A stretch of DNA of 64,000 nucleotides. Origin: Glaucostegus cemiculus. Taxonomy: Eukaryota. The notes below the pieces were generated by a model. That model saw only the letters and a list, made by a program, of their open reading frames with translations, ran no database searches and was not told the origin of the DNA. Within the stretch, counting starts at the first letter, position 1. Every line of letters begins with the position of its first letter. Both the position numbers and the translations under genes were made by a program. The stretch covers positions 9,362,001-9,426,000 of the forward strand of contig CDPCPM010000092.1 in assembly GCA_976551045.1 (NCBI GenBank), written 5' to 3'. Shown in pieces: positions 51,051-63,540 of the stretch.

Positions 51051-54000
51051 ATTATAAAGCTACTGATTCTCCATTAGCTGAATATTGGTACAATACTGCA
51101 AAATGCCAAAAATAAATCTATTTTGTACTTCATCCTTAGGTTATGGATTTTTATATCGTTTTAAATATTTGGAAAGCCTTCACTACTCCATTTCCTTCCT
51201 ACTTATATAAACAGGTAATTTTTAAGTAACATCCAAAAACAGTAAGCTTGACTTTGCAAATCTGTCATCTGTTAGACATGCCACCTGATTTTTCTTTTGA
51301 TTGGCTTGGTATATCTGAGGTTAAAATATAATCTCTAAAAATATGAAATAGACAGCCCATTTCTTTACTATTAACAGATTTTATCATGTATTCATTTATT
51401 TAGGGTGTCCTAAATATTTAAAGGTAAATTTGCAAAGCTTAGCTTATTTAAGAACTGAGGTCAGCAAATTGGGTCTCAATGTACAGTTCACCTCTTCTCA
51501 GCCACATTTTTCTGTCTTTAATTCCTTGAGCTTCTTCATAGCATGTTTTTTTTATGAGTGTCTGCACTTATTAATGGATTCCTGTTCTCAATTGGCTGGT
51601 CTGGAAATGTGTGCACATCTGAAAAATGTTTTCCATCTGTGGAGTTTAAACAATAGTATATTTTCTGACTTGTCAGCAAAAGGATTTGAATCAGCCTCCA
51701 CTAAATGTAAACATTATTCTCTTAAGACAAGTATGAGCAATTTACGAGTAGTAGTGCATAATAATTTACAGCATGTTTTCTTATAATTGGAAGATCTTTT
51801 GAATAAATCAAGTCTTATTTTGGCAATGTCCTATGCTGTAGATTATCGTGTAGATCCTTCATCTGTATGGAGGACAGATACTAATTATGTAACACTTAAA
51901 ACATCATTTGCAAATCTAGTCAGAAGTTCAATAATAGGACCCATTCCACTGAATCAATTCACAATTTAAGTTCATGAGCTTGGGCATTCTTCCTCCAGGC
52001 TGTCCATCAAATTTACTTCCATCAACTGGGGACATTTTACCAACCAGACCATGAACAAACATCTATTTGATAAAGGAAGAAAAGATTACCCTGACCAGTT
52101 TTACATACTTGAACTGAGCCACATTTTGCCCATTCACATTTGACTCAGCCATGCCGAAGTGTTATGGCTCAATGCATGTTTCCAGCGTGTGATAATGATC
52201 AGTATCATCAAAGAAAGGATAAATACATTTCATGAAGTACTCATTGTAAGCTTTGCATGCTTATTGAGCCATGACTTAGTTGCTCAAAGACATGATGTAC
52301 AAAAAAATTTCACAGGAAGATGATTTTATTAACTTGGCAAACAAAGAAAATCAAAGTCCTTTGTGCCAATGTTTTTTGTTACACAACTGTCTGAAATTCA
52401 AACAAAACTTAGTACAATCATCCAAGTCAAGAAAGTAGATTGCTTTATGTCACAATTTTAAAATCTCATGCAACCTTTATCAAGGCGCAACTGTAACATC
52501 GGTTTTAAATTTAAGAGTAAAATGACAACTTCTTTTGATCTCAACACTATGATCTTTTCAGTAATGATCTATTTTATTGTAAAACTTAGTGAATTTCAGA
52601 ATGCAGTGGAGTGATCTATAGCTTTTAATCAAATGCATAATCCTACCTAATTTCTGCACATTAGAAATATTTGAAAATTATGGAAGGGAGCTGCTATGTA
52701 ACTATATCAGAATATAAGAAAATGGTTAACATTAATCTTGTCCTCTGGGTCTCAGACAGCAAAAATAAATGAAGGTATCCAAACAAGTTTGGAGTTGATA
52801 AATTCCTGAAAGTTAAAAAAAATTGCAACTATTGAGGATTGAATATAATTTGGAGGTTGCAAAAACATATATTTTCATCATATATGTATATAAGATATGT
52901 AAAAACAATAGTTCTGGACATTGAAAAGGAAACGTTAGTCCATTATGATCAATATTATTGTGTCTGATAAGTTTATCTTAGGAAAGTGAGACATTGTAAT
53001 TTGTTGTGTTTTGCCACAATACAGAAATATTACTGGAGTTTTAAAAAGATTCATGTATAAGAAAATACTGGAAATAATCAAGAGGTCAGGCAACATTTGT
53101 AGAGAGAGAAACAGAGTTGATATTTCAGATTGATGACCTTGGATCAGAACAGAAAGGATTCATGTTGGTGGGAATGCCTGATTCAGTTCCATGCTCTGTT
53201 ACATTGGTAGTGTGGTATAAAACCACATTACTTTCATCTGTTCACCTCTGCCAGTAAAAGTGAACTTTTAATTAGCATAATTGCTTTTGATTTACCAAAA
53301 ATTTATTTCACTGGCTCTTTGCTATGATGTGAGCTACCAGATTGAGAAAAATGCCACTAGTTTACTTATAAATGCAACAATACTGTGAAGAATTTTTTTT
53401 ATTAAAAGTTAATTTGAAATCAATTCTTCTGCTCTAATACACATTCATATTATATATTTAAGGTAAAAGATGGTATTGTCAGATTAAAATGTGGTTTTCA
53501 AAACAGTTCTGTTGTCATTTACTGGCCTTAAAACATATAAAATAAATATTTAATACTAAGAGTATTTTTTCATTATAGACCAACTATTATATTAATTTAA
53601 TTTTATGATCAGCTGACCTAACAGCAGTTTGCAAGAAGACAGTGTAACACTCAAAAAAGAAAAGTAGAAACCACTGATCTCTTAAAGAACAATTTATTTC
53701 AAACTCACATTTTTAGGCAGTTCCTCAGGATTGATATAACGATACAGAAAGAAGTTGAGGATTACTTGGTTGCACTCCATTTCCCTGGGTGCTGAGATGA
53801 CTGATGGGGGTGATGTGTTAACCTGCAGGCTCTCCCACAGGTAAGGCAGAAGGTGCTTGTTGGGCTGAGCAGGTGGGTGCCTGGGGAGAAGGTATGCTTG
53901 GGCTTTGTATGCTCCAGATAAAGGGACTCACTCCAAGGTGTACAAGGCTGGCCTGGAATGAAGGAAAACAGGAGGGGCAATGAAGAAGGACTCATGTCAT

Positions 54001-54444
54001 GCTCCATTCCCCTAACTCCCACCCCCAACCTGTACCACAGTGTCTGCAGAGATCACAGCGTACATGGGACAAGTGATTACATTCATTTGCCTCTGAGACC
54101 CAGAAATAGCATTAGCCATAAACAGAGCAGTAAAAATGTCGCAGAGAGTAAAACATTAGAGTGTCAGAGAGTTTAATTCATAACTGTTTGACAGATAGCT
54201 TTGCTCCCAGTTTGATTGTGAGATTAAACAAAGGTCAACTCTTGGATCCAACTTCCGTCAGATGTCATTATGTGTGTGAATGATGCCTGATGATGATGGC
54301 CAAGCCAAGGTGTATCACGCACAAGAGCTTGATCCAAATTCCAATGATAGGATGGGCACAAACACACCAAAACATGCATAAACAGATCTGATACATGTTG
54401 ATTGGTGTGTACGCAAGTCCTGTATTTGTTTTTCTCCTCATTTT

Positions 54445-54765
54445 CTTACAACAGAGAAGGAAGCCATTTGGCCCATCAAAGTCTATGCCAGTTCAAAGAT
54501 CCATCCTACTTCCCCATTGATTTTCTCTGTGACCTCTTCTCTCCACAATCCCATCAACTTTCTCCATCTCCTACCAACCACCTTCACGTGGTTAATTAAC
54601 CTACCACCCTGCACATCTTTGGGATATGGGAGGAAACTTGTGGACCTGGAGGAAGGTCCCGTAATCATAGGGAGAATCTGCAATCTCCACACAGGCAGCA
54701 CCAGAGATCAGAATTGAACCCAGCTCCTGGAAATATGAGGTAGTAGTTCTACCAGCTGTGCCATC
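54445..54765 (-). mobile_element. V-SINE
   Basis: cacatctttgggatatgggaggaaac...ggagaatctgcaatctccacacaggcagcacc...gaattgaaccc. Confidence 0.75.
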
Positions 54766-54889
54766 TCAGTCTTTTAGTCTCTCTTAATCTGCTTCCATCC
54801 AAAACTGTGCCAGTTCAACTTCTAGTGCTTTCATTTGTGCTCCTTGTTCCTCTTTTCCACCCATACACATTGGTGCCCATCCAGTTGTT

Positions 54890-55340
54890 AACTTAGTTTA
54901 AACCTCCCCCACCCAAATTAGAGAACCTTGTAAGGTCATTGATTGAAGTCCTGTTGGGGTGCAGTGTTCCAGCTTTTACAGGTGCCTCCTCCTGCCTCAC
55001 AAATGGTCCCAATTCCCCAAGAATCTGCAGCCTGCCCTCCTGCACTATTCCCCAAGCCACACATTGTTCCTCATCTTCCTATTTCCACTCTCACTGGCAG
55101 GAGGCACTGCGGGTAATTCAGAGTTACTACCTTTGAGGTTCCATTTTCAACCCCAGCATCTTCCCCAGCTTTTGTCTGAAGCAGCTCACTTTCTGATCTC
55201 TCTGTGTGATGAGACTGAAGTGTACTTCTGTTTCACTCTCTTCCCACCACAAAACACTCTGCAACCTCTTATGCTGCTTCGCCCTGGCAACAGGGAGGCT
55301 ACAAGGTATGCAGGGCTCCCATTGACAGTCTGCACCCCTA
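54890..55340 (-). mobile_element. CR1 ORF1 (SGNH-esterase-like) remnant
   Basis: Minus strand resembles the CR1 ORF1 C-terminus (TSKVV..., LHPN, ending ggtttaaactaa) and VASLLPG upstream. Confidence 0.55.
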
Positions 55341-55772
55341 ACTGTGAAACGCCCTTCATTCTGCACTTTGACACTGTTATTTCCCACTGTGCTGTCCTCA
55401 CCTCCTGCTGCCTGGGTGTGGCCTGCAGTTCTTCAACATGTCATCACCCCCACCCACATCAAATGTAAGGGCTGGTTTGAAAGTGGCGCACACTCTGAAG
55501 GTTACCATGCTTTTCAGATGCCTATAAACTTGCTATCCTGAACTTTCCCTGGCTGCCTGGTGACTGTTCCAGGAAAGCATCATCCAGGAGGACCTTGGCC
55601 TTGCTTATGCCCGGCTGTGGCTCCAGCTGCCCCTGAAGCTTAGCACTCCTGACTAGGAGTTTGTTCGCCTGGAGACTCTTCCCACTGAGCAGGTCACCAC
55701 ATATCGCCAGAATTGCAGCAATAGGTCACACTGGCCCATCCATGATCTAAAAAACCTTCTACTTCTTCTCTA

Positions 55773-56650
55773 GATTCAGATTCAGATTAGTTTATTGTCA
55801 TATACACCAAGGTGCAATGAAATTCCTTGCTCGCGTGAAGCTCACAGAGTAAGTAGTAGCCATAGTAATAATAAACACAAGAATAAATACAGCATTAAGC
55901 ACAAAACAGCAGAATGGTGCAAAGTATAGTAGTGCAATCCAAAGTAATGCATAAAATATGCTAAAGTGACACTGAGGGAAGAGGTAGAATCAAGGGTTTG
56001 AGAATGTGGCAGCATCATTCAGAAGGGGGTGTGAAAGAAGTTATTGGTACAGAAGTACGTGGAAGCTTTAGAGAGGGTGCAGAGGAGATTTACTGGGATG
56101 CTGCCTGGATTGGAGAGCATGTCTTATGCGGACAGGTTGAGCGAGCTAGGGCATTTCTCTTTGGAAAGATGGAGGATGAGAGGTGACTTGATAGGGGTGT
56201 ACAGGATGGTGGGAGGCATGGATCAAGTGGACGGTTGGAGACTTTTTCCCAGGGGACAATGGCTAATTACGGGGGGACATAATTTTAAGGTGATTGGAGG
56301 ATGGTGTAAGGGGGATGTCAGGGGTAAGTTTTTTACACAGAGAGTGGTGGGTGTGTGGAACGCACTGCCGACAGAGGTTGTGGGAGCAGATACATTAGGG
56401 ACATTTAAGAGACTCCTTAGATAGGCACATGAATGATAGAAAAGTAGGGGGCTATGTGCTATGTGGGAGGGAAGGGTTAGATAGATCTTAGAGCAGGATA
56501 AAATGTTGGCACAACACTGTGGCCGAAGGGCCTGTACTGTGCTGTAGTGTTCTATATTCTAAGTCTGATTGCAGTAGGGAAGAAGCTGTTCTTGAGTCTT
56601 GTCGTCTAGGCTTTCAAGCTCCTTTATCTTTCCCTGGAAGGTAGAAGAGA
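55773..56650 (-). mobile_element. Rex1/Babar-type 3' fragment, split by a CR1 insertion
   Basis: Minus-strand tail tgacaataaactaatctgaatctgaatc. The host resumes at 56565 with gtagggaagaagctgttcttgag. Confidence 0.7.
56057..56560 (+). mobile_element. Young CR1 3' fragment, TSD AAGT
   Basis: VEALERVQRRFTGMLPG...KFFTQRVV peptide. AAGT at 56053-56056 and 56561-56564. Very similar to 49083-49580. Confidence 0.93.
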
Positions 56651-56894
56651 AAATACCTTTTTTTTTGTTATTGATTTGTTGCTCCCTTTGAACTAGCCCA
56701 TCTTATATTGATTTTTCACCTTTCCAGTTTGATAGTGATTTCACATTCCGAAACAAAACAAAATAATGCATTTAAACTGACGATGTGATGTCCCTTTAAA
56801 TTTATACCTTTATATTTAAATTCCTTCCTAATTTGGGATGCATCAAATCAGCTGATACTCAGCAGCCAATTAGCGTCTTGCTTTGTTACAGTTC

Positions 56895-57100
56895 ATGCAT
56901 TGAAGGTACTTCCACAGCAGTGAGGTAAGAAGCTCTCAGACTGTGACCCAGCAATGAAGATATGTTTAAATTAGGGTGGTGTCTGACTTGAGGGGCTGGT
57001 CTTTTGTTACATCTGCTACCCATTTTTCCTTCCAGTTGGTGGAGTTTGGGAAGTGTTACTGAAGAAGACTTGGCACCTGCTGCAGTGTCAGTTACGATGC
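56895..57100 (-). mobile_element. Fragment of the second CR1/L2-group LINE 3' region
   Basis: Reverse complement is colinear with 63230-63445. Confidence 0.5.
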
Positions 57101-59547
57101 ATGGGGAGGGTTCAGGTTTATGTTACTGTTTGTGGTACAGTTAAACTGTACTGCTTTGACCTGAATGATATTGAGCTGCATTGGTTTGCTGCTACCGCAC
57201 CCAACAAGGCAAATGGAGGAGCCTTCTATCACACAGCTGGCTTGTTCCTGGTACTGAAGAGATGATGCATTGCCAGTATTCTTTTGAATAAGAGACTAAC
57301 TCAAAAGCTCTAGCTGTGGTGATCTTAAAGTAATTCCCCTCACCATACTAAAAGTGCAGTTGATTTCTCCTGATGCCACCTCTAACATTTTCCTCACACA
57401 CAATCACAATGCTTATATTTAAAAAAATCCTCATGTACCTCTGCTGTTTGTGTGACCTCACAGTGTGTGTATCGCCCCTACTAATTCTGAATTTCAAAAC
57501 ACTACCTTTTGTTTACAGATCTGAGAGATCCCAAAGTTAGAAAAAACACTACAAAATTCAAGTTTCTCCCACTGTTGGTGGGGTTGAGGGTTCAGAAAGT
57601 TAGGAGGTTATACCCTCAGCACAGCATGTCCAGCTCCAACCTTATTTAGTTTAAATGGGCATTTATGTGGTTCTTTTGGTTGTTGTGGAGCCAAGAGTGT
57701 TGATAGGGGAGACTCAACAGTGATGTGCCATTGAACGTGCTTTCCCCTGTACGATGAGATCGTTGCCCTGTGTTTGGGGATGCACAAAGTCAATGTATCG
57801 TGTGAAAGGTTACATGATAATCCATCCACAGCATATTGTCAGATTTCAAATAAAAGTTGTCAACTGGTGTGTGTTCATCTGCCTTTAAGCCTTGGCCTGT
57901 TTCTCTTTCCCAGTTTTTCTCCTGTGCTTTCTCTGCTGAGGCCAAGTGACCAGATTAATCATTCAGCTCTGCTCTCTCATAAATATTTTTGCCTTTCAGT
58001 AGGCCAAGGGCTGCCTGATTTAACCAATATAACCAATGCCACCTTCACAAAAAAAACTCAGTGTATGGGTGCCCTTCAGAACAGTAAGCAGGATCGTCAC
58101 AATGCTGGTTGGGCTTCAGTAGATGATACAACTTGGTGAACCCTGGATGAAGTCAGATTCTCTTGGATTTTGTCAGCTCTTGGTCCTTGGCTGAGACCCA
58201 GATGCACCTGCCTGTGCTTCCTCCGCCAAGATATCCTTTGCCTCTCGCTCTTTAAATCTGCCAGTACTATTGGAAGAACCAACAAAGTGTTCATGCTGAG
58301 TAATATAGCTACTGGTTCAATAATGGTACTGTGGTGAAATGTCTCTGTAAAGATATATCAGCTTTATATTAGCAGCAGATGGTAGTTAGTGCTCCAAATA
58401 AAACATCAAATCATGAGTAATTATTATTACACAACTTCCTCCACCATAATATTATAAATAGTGTTAACACTGCTTGTCAGACAAATGTTTTTTCCAATGT
58501 GAACCTCTCTGGTATATTTCTCCAAATTGGTTTTTAATCTGATTAATGCTGGTAAAATGGAAAACTAATCTTTCTAAAAAGAATGGCTTGTGGAATTTTT
58601 TTTTAAAATGTGAATATTTGAGTAATTGTATTCGCATCTACAATAATGTTCAGTTATTATCAATTATTGTATTGATCTTAAATAAGCCTGTCTGTCATTC
58701 TTGGGGTCTAAGTGAGATAATTGAAGCACATTTTTGCTTAAGGTTGCACAGTGAATTTAATTTTATTTAGAATTTAAAGCAATTAAATATATTTCATCAA
58801 GAAATCTCATGAGATTTTACTGCAATTGCAGCCTACTATTTGATTCTGAATTTGTCTCAAATGCAATAATTCCACTGGCAATACACCATAATCTGCAGTG
58901 CTTTATTGAACCATTTGAAACTGGCACATTCAGAGTTCCCATTGATAAAAAGTTCTGCAGTATTTGCTCACTTCACGCAGTGTGAGTTGAGGAGGTTATT
59001 TTCTTCTGCGTGTTTAAATTCAAAGGTAAATTTGAATAAACATAGAATTAAGTCCAGCAGGGAGTAAAACGGAGATTCCATCTGTTCTTAACCTGTACAA
59101 ATAATTAAGTACAAATACTTAACACCTTAACTAGCTTTTTTTTGTTGATGTTTTAGGTAAAGAATTTTCAACAGCAGGAATGTTATCTGGGATCGTCTTT
59201 GATCCTGAAGATATCCTGCTTGCTTTTCATGGGGAGAATACTCCCAGATATTGAACAAAGCCAAGCTTGATTCCTCAGCCAGGATCAGCAGAGGGTTGCT
59301 GGGAGAGCCAGGTAGAAAGCAGCAGGTGGGCACAGTTGGCAGGAGGGACAGCCCATGATGTAGGGTCGACAGATGGGGGCCAAGCTCCCACATTGTGTCT
59401 GCACGCTGGTATCCTCAGAGATTCAGTGTGTCGTGTCAGATACATGCAGACTCCTGGAAGGCGTAGTGCCTGATAATCCTGTTAGCAGAGATGATCAAAG
59501 CTGAACCTTTAGCCCTTGGAGCCTTTCGGGGATCTGGCAGAGACATA

Positions 59548-60714
59548 CAGGCAGTCCCCAGGTTACAATGTTTCAGGTCTGGGAGACTTGATCAGAACTG
59601 AGAAAGAGAGAAACAAGTTAGTCCAGGAGTAAGTCTGGCTTTGTAGCATCTTGGCTTGGTTGCTGAGGTGCCAAATTAGTTCCAATGTGGCAATGGTGTG
59701 AGCATGCACATCTTTAATGTGGCTTTCACTGGTTTCCATATTGGTAAGGGCATTAGCCCGTGTGACTGTGGTGGAGGCGGAGAAAGGAAGCACTAATATG
59801 GAAGTTGGTGCCAGAACACACCTGACACAGGTACTGGAAGAATAGAATCCAGCTCTTCCAGGAAGCAGGGTGGGAGGAGAAGTTGTCAGCATAGCTGTGA
59901 GCATCTGTAGAGTTGTAGTGGAATCTATTCCCTGAAATGGAGAGCATCTGGGGCACCACAGAATCACAGATGGACTGTGTGAGAACGAGAGAAGGGTAGA
60001 AGTTAGTAGCAATCCTGATGAGTTTGCTACTAACTTCAAGAGGATAAGATCTATGTCAAGAGGACATAGGTTTAATGTGCTGGGGAGTAGATATAGAGGA
60101 GATGTGAGGGGTAAGTTTTTTACTCAGAGAGTGGTGAGTGCCTGGAATGGGCTGCCGGAAACAGTGGTGGAGGTGGATTTGATAGGGTCTTTCAAGAGAC
60201 TGTTAGATTGGTACATGGAGCTAAATAAAATAAAGGGCTGTGGGTAAGGCTAGTAATTTCTAGTGTAGGGACATGTTTGGCACAGCTTTGTGGGCCGAAG
60301 GGCCTGAATTGTGCTGTAGTTTTTCTATGCTGTATGCTCTACAATGGGGTTCCATTCCTAGGAGCTGTTCGTAACCTGAACCGTTTGTGAGTCAGAGAGG
60401 AACAGCACCAACTGTGACAGGAGTGCCAGCAGGTGTGGTCTCACTGACTCAGTGAGTCTGCTCAGCGCTCCCAGCTCTGTTCAGCACAACCCAGCCCCCC
60501 CCCACCCCGATTAGTGCTCGGGGGGTGGGGGGGTGAAAAGGGAGGGTGCGGAGAGAAGGCACGTGGAATTCCCTGTTCCCACCTGGCAAAAGATTCCTCC
60601 AGCCCTGCAGCAGCTGGCAAATCCCTCGCTCTTCAGCCCATGAATCTCCCGAATGCTTGTTCATATGTACGGGGTATCTGTGAGGCGGGTGTTTGTAACT
60701 GGGTGGAGGACCTG
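59548..60714. mobile_element. Tigger/pogo-like MITE interrupted by a chimeric CR1 insertion
   Basis: TA|CAGGCAGTCCCCAGGTTACAATG resumes at 60347 as GGGTTCCATTCC...TTCGTAAC. A degenerate right TIR gtaactgggtggaggacctg ends near 60714. Confidence 0.55.
60057..60339 (+). mobile_element. CR1 3' fragment of the same subfamily as 27604-29905
   Basis: Nearly identical to 29629-29905 (RGHRF.VLGSRYRGDVRGKFFTQRVV). Confidence 0.93.
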
Positions 60715-61019
60715 CAGCCTGGATCTTTCGATCGGCAGACCACATGTGTGTGCTGAATTGCACAATCTCTATGTCCAGGGCCATCCATGCGTTACTCAGT
60801 CAAAAGCATAAAGGGCCCCATAAAAATGAGGAGCAGGAGTATGTTGCACAGTCTGAGGTTGACCTCATCTTGGTGTTAACCCCATTCTCCTACCTGATCC
60901 CCATAATCCTCTAATAACAAAAGACCAAAAATCTACCATGAAGAATCACAAATTTGTTATTCATGCAACATGTTCCTGATTTTACTTAAATATAAGGAAT
61001 TGAATAAATGACCTAGCTC

Positions 61020-63540
61020 AGCTTCCCCTGAGACCCCCTCCGTCACAGAAGCCTGTCTTCAGTCAATTCATTTGCTTCATATGATATCAAGACATGGCTG
61101 AGAACTTTGGATTAGGCAAAGGTTAGGGGGCCAGATAACATCTCAACTGTAATGCTGAAGACCTGCACGTCAGGACCAGCTATGCCTCTAGCCAAACCGT
61201 TCCACTGCAGTTACAACATTGGCATCTACCCAGCAATGTGGAAAATTGCTCAGATGTGTTCGTTCATAAAAAGCTGGACAAATTCAATGGATCCGATTAC
61301 TGTCAGTCATCAGTAAATTGATGGAAGACGTCACTACAGTGTTATCAAGTGGAACTCACTGATGCCTATTTGGGGTTTTGCCAGGACCACTTGGCTCAAT
61401 ACCTCACCACAGCCTTGGTCCAAACCTGACTAAAGAGGTATTGGTATTGGTATTGCCTTATTATTGTCACTTGTACCGAGGTACAGTAAAAAGCTTGTGT
61501 TACAAACCGATCGTACAGGTCAATTCATTACACAGTGCAGTTACATTGTTAGTACAAAGTGTACTATGTAGTACAGTAAAAACAGTAACAGTACAGAGTA
61601 AAGCATCACAGCTACAGCGAAAGTGCAGTGCAAAAAGGTGCAAGGTCACAACAAGGTAGATCGTGAGGTCATAGTCCATCTCATAGTATAAGGGAACCAT
61701 TCAATAGTGTTATCACAGTGGGGTAGAAGGTGTCCTTAAGTCTGGTGGAAGAGGAGAAAAGAGAGAATGTCCCAGATGAGTGGGGTCTTTTATTATGCTG
61801 GCTGTTACACTGAGACAACGAGAAGTGAAGACAGAGTTCAAGGAGGGGAGGCTGGTGTCTGTGATGCACTGGGCTGTGTCCCCAACTCTCTGCAGCTTCT
61901 TGCGATCCTGGGCAGAGCAGTTGCTGTACCAAGTCATGATTCATCCAGATAGGATGCTCTCTATGGGTCATCGGTAAAAGTTGGTGAGAGTCAAATGGGA
62001 CAAACCAAATTTCTTTAGCCTCCTGAGGAAGTAGAGGTGCCGGTGAGCTTTCTTGGCTGTGGCATCTACATGATTTGACCAGGACAGGCTGTTGATTATG
62101 TTCACACCCAGGAACTTGAAGCTCTCAACCCTCTCGACCTCAGCACCATTGATGTAGACAGGTGCATGTACACCGCCCACTTTCTTGAAGTCAATGACTA
62201 ACTTTTTCGTTTTGTTGACATTGAGGGAAAGGTTATTGTCATGACGCTATTCCACTAAGCACTCTATCTCCTTCCTGTACTCCAACTCATCGCTGTTGGA
62301 GATGCAGCCTACAATGGTGGTATCATCTGCAAACTTGTAGATGGAGTTAGAGCAGAATCTGGCCACACAGTTGTGAGTGTATAGGGAGTAGATCCAGAGG
62401 TAGGTGAGTGACTGTCGTTGGTATTGAGGCCATATTTGATTGTGTATGACATTAAAGGGCTCTGGTAAAACTGAAGTCAATGGGCATTGAGGGGAAAACT
62501 CTTCACTGTCTACAATCATTTATCACACAAAGGAAGATCGTTGTGTTGTGGGAGATCCGTGTCCCAATTGCAGCACATCGTTTGCAGGGACTGGAACAAC
62601 TGACCTCCTCGGAATCCCATGGGAGTCTGTCAGCGGTTTACAGCAGCTTCATCAGTAACCTTCCTTCCACGAAAAGGGCAGATCGCTGATGACTGTACAA
62701 TGTTCAATTCGGTTCCCAGCTTTTCAGCGGATGAACTAAATACATGCCTCCCTGCAGCAAGACTGAGAAAATACTCAGGCATAGGCTGACTAAGTGGCAA
62801 ATAACTTTTATGCCACATGTGCCAGGCAATAACCATCTCCAACAAGAGAAAATGTAACCATCTAGCCTTGCTGTTCAATGACAGTGCCATCTCTGAGCCC
62901 CCCCTCCCCCCCACCATTCATATGATGGGGGGTCACATTTGACCAGAAACTCAACTGGACCAGCCACATAAATGCTGTGGTTACAAGAGCAGGTCAGAGA
63001 GGGGTATCCTGACACCACTCGGCCTGTCCACCATCCGTGAGGCACCTATTGGGAGCGATATGGAATATTTGCTGCATGCCTGGATGAGTGCATTGCCAAC
63101 GACTCTCAAAAAAAACTTGACACCATCCAGGACAGGGGAGCCCATCACCTCATCAACCACCCTAAACATTTATTCCCTCCACCACTGGCACACTGGCTGC
63201 AGTGTGTACCGTCGACAAAAATAAACTGCAGTGGCGTGCCCAGGGGTTCCTCTGATAACACCCCCCAAACCCATGACCTCTACCATCAAGAAAGACAAAA
63301 GGGAACAGGCACATAGGAACACCACCACTTCCAGATTCCCCTCCAGTTTGCACACTTGGAAATATGTTGCTGGATCTATTTACCGGAGATCTCTTTACTG
63401 CCCTGGAACTCCTTACTGAACAGCCTAGAGGGAATACCTTCATCAGAAGGACTGCAGCGGTTCAAGGTGGTTCATGACGACCTTCCCGAGGGAATAAATT
63501 CTGGCCTTGCTAGTGATGCCAAGATCCTGTAAATGAATAT
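61020..63540 (+). mobile_element. Second CR1/L2-group LINE family (decayed RT and 3' tail), split by a Rex1/Babar insertion at 61438-62390
   Basis: GIYPAMWKIAQ..VHKK, ADDCT, CQAITIS and GVTFDQKLNWTSHIN motifs. The two halves join across the insertion. Confidence 0.8.
61438..62390 (-). mobile_element. Rex1/Babar LINE 3' part
   Basis: YSLYTHNC...KFADDTTIVG, VESFKFLGV, LYFLRRLKKFG and DRKKLQRV peptides. Tail gtgacaataat followed by (ccaata)n. Confidence 0.92.

Noticed and set aside
60013-60023. CTGATGA in a hairpin loop as a hammerhead or C/D box
   Set aside because: No GAAA partner or three-helix layout. It lies in junction filler.
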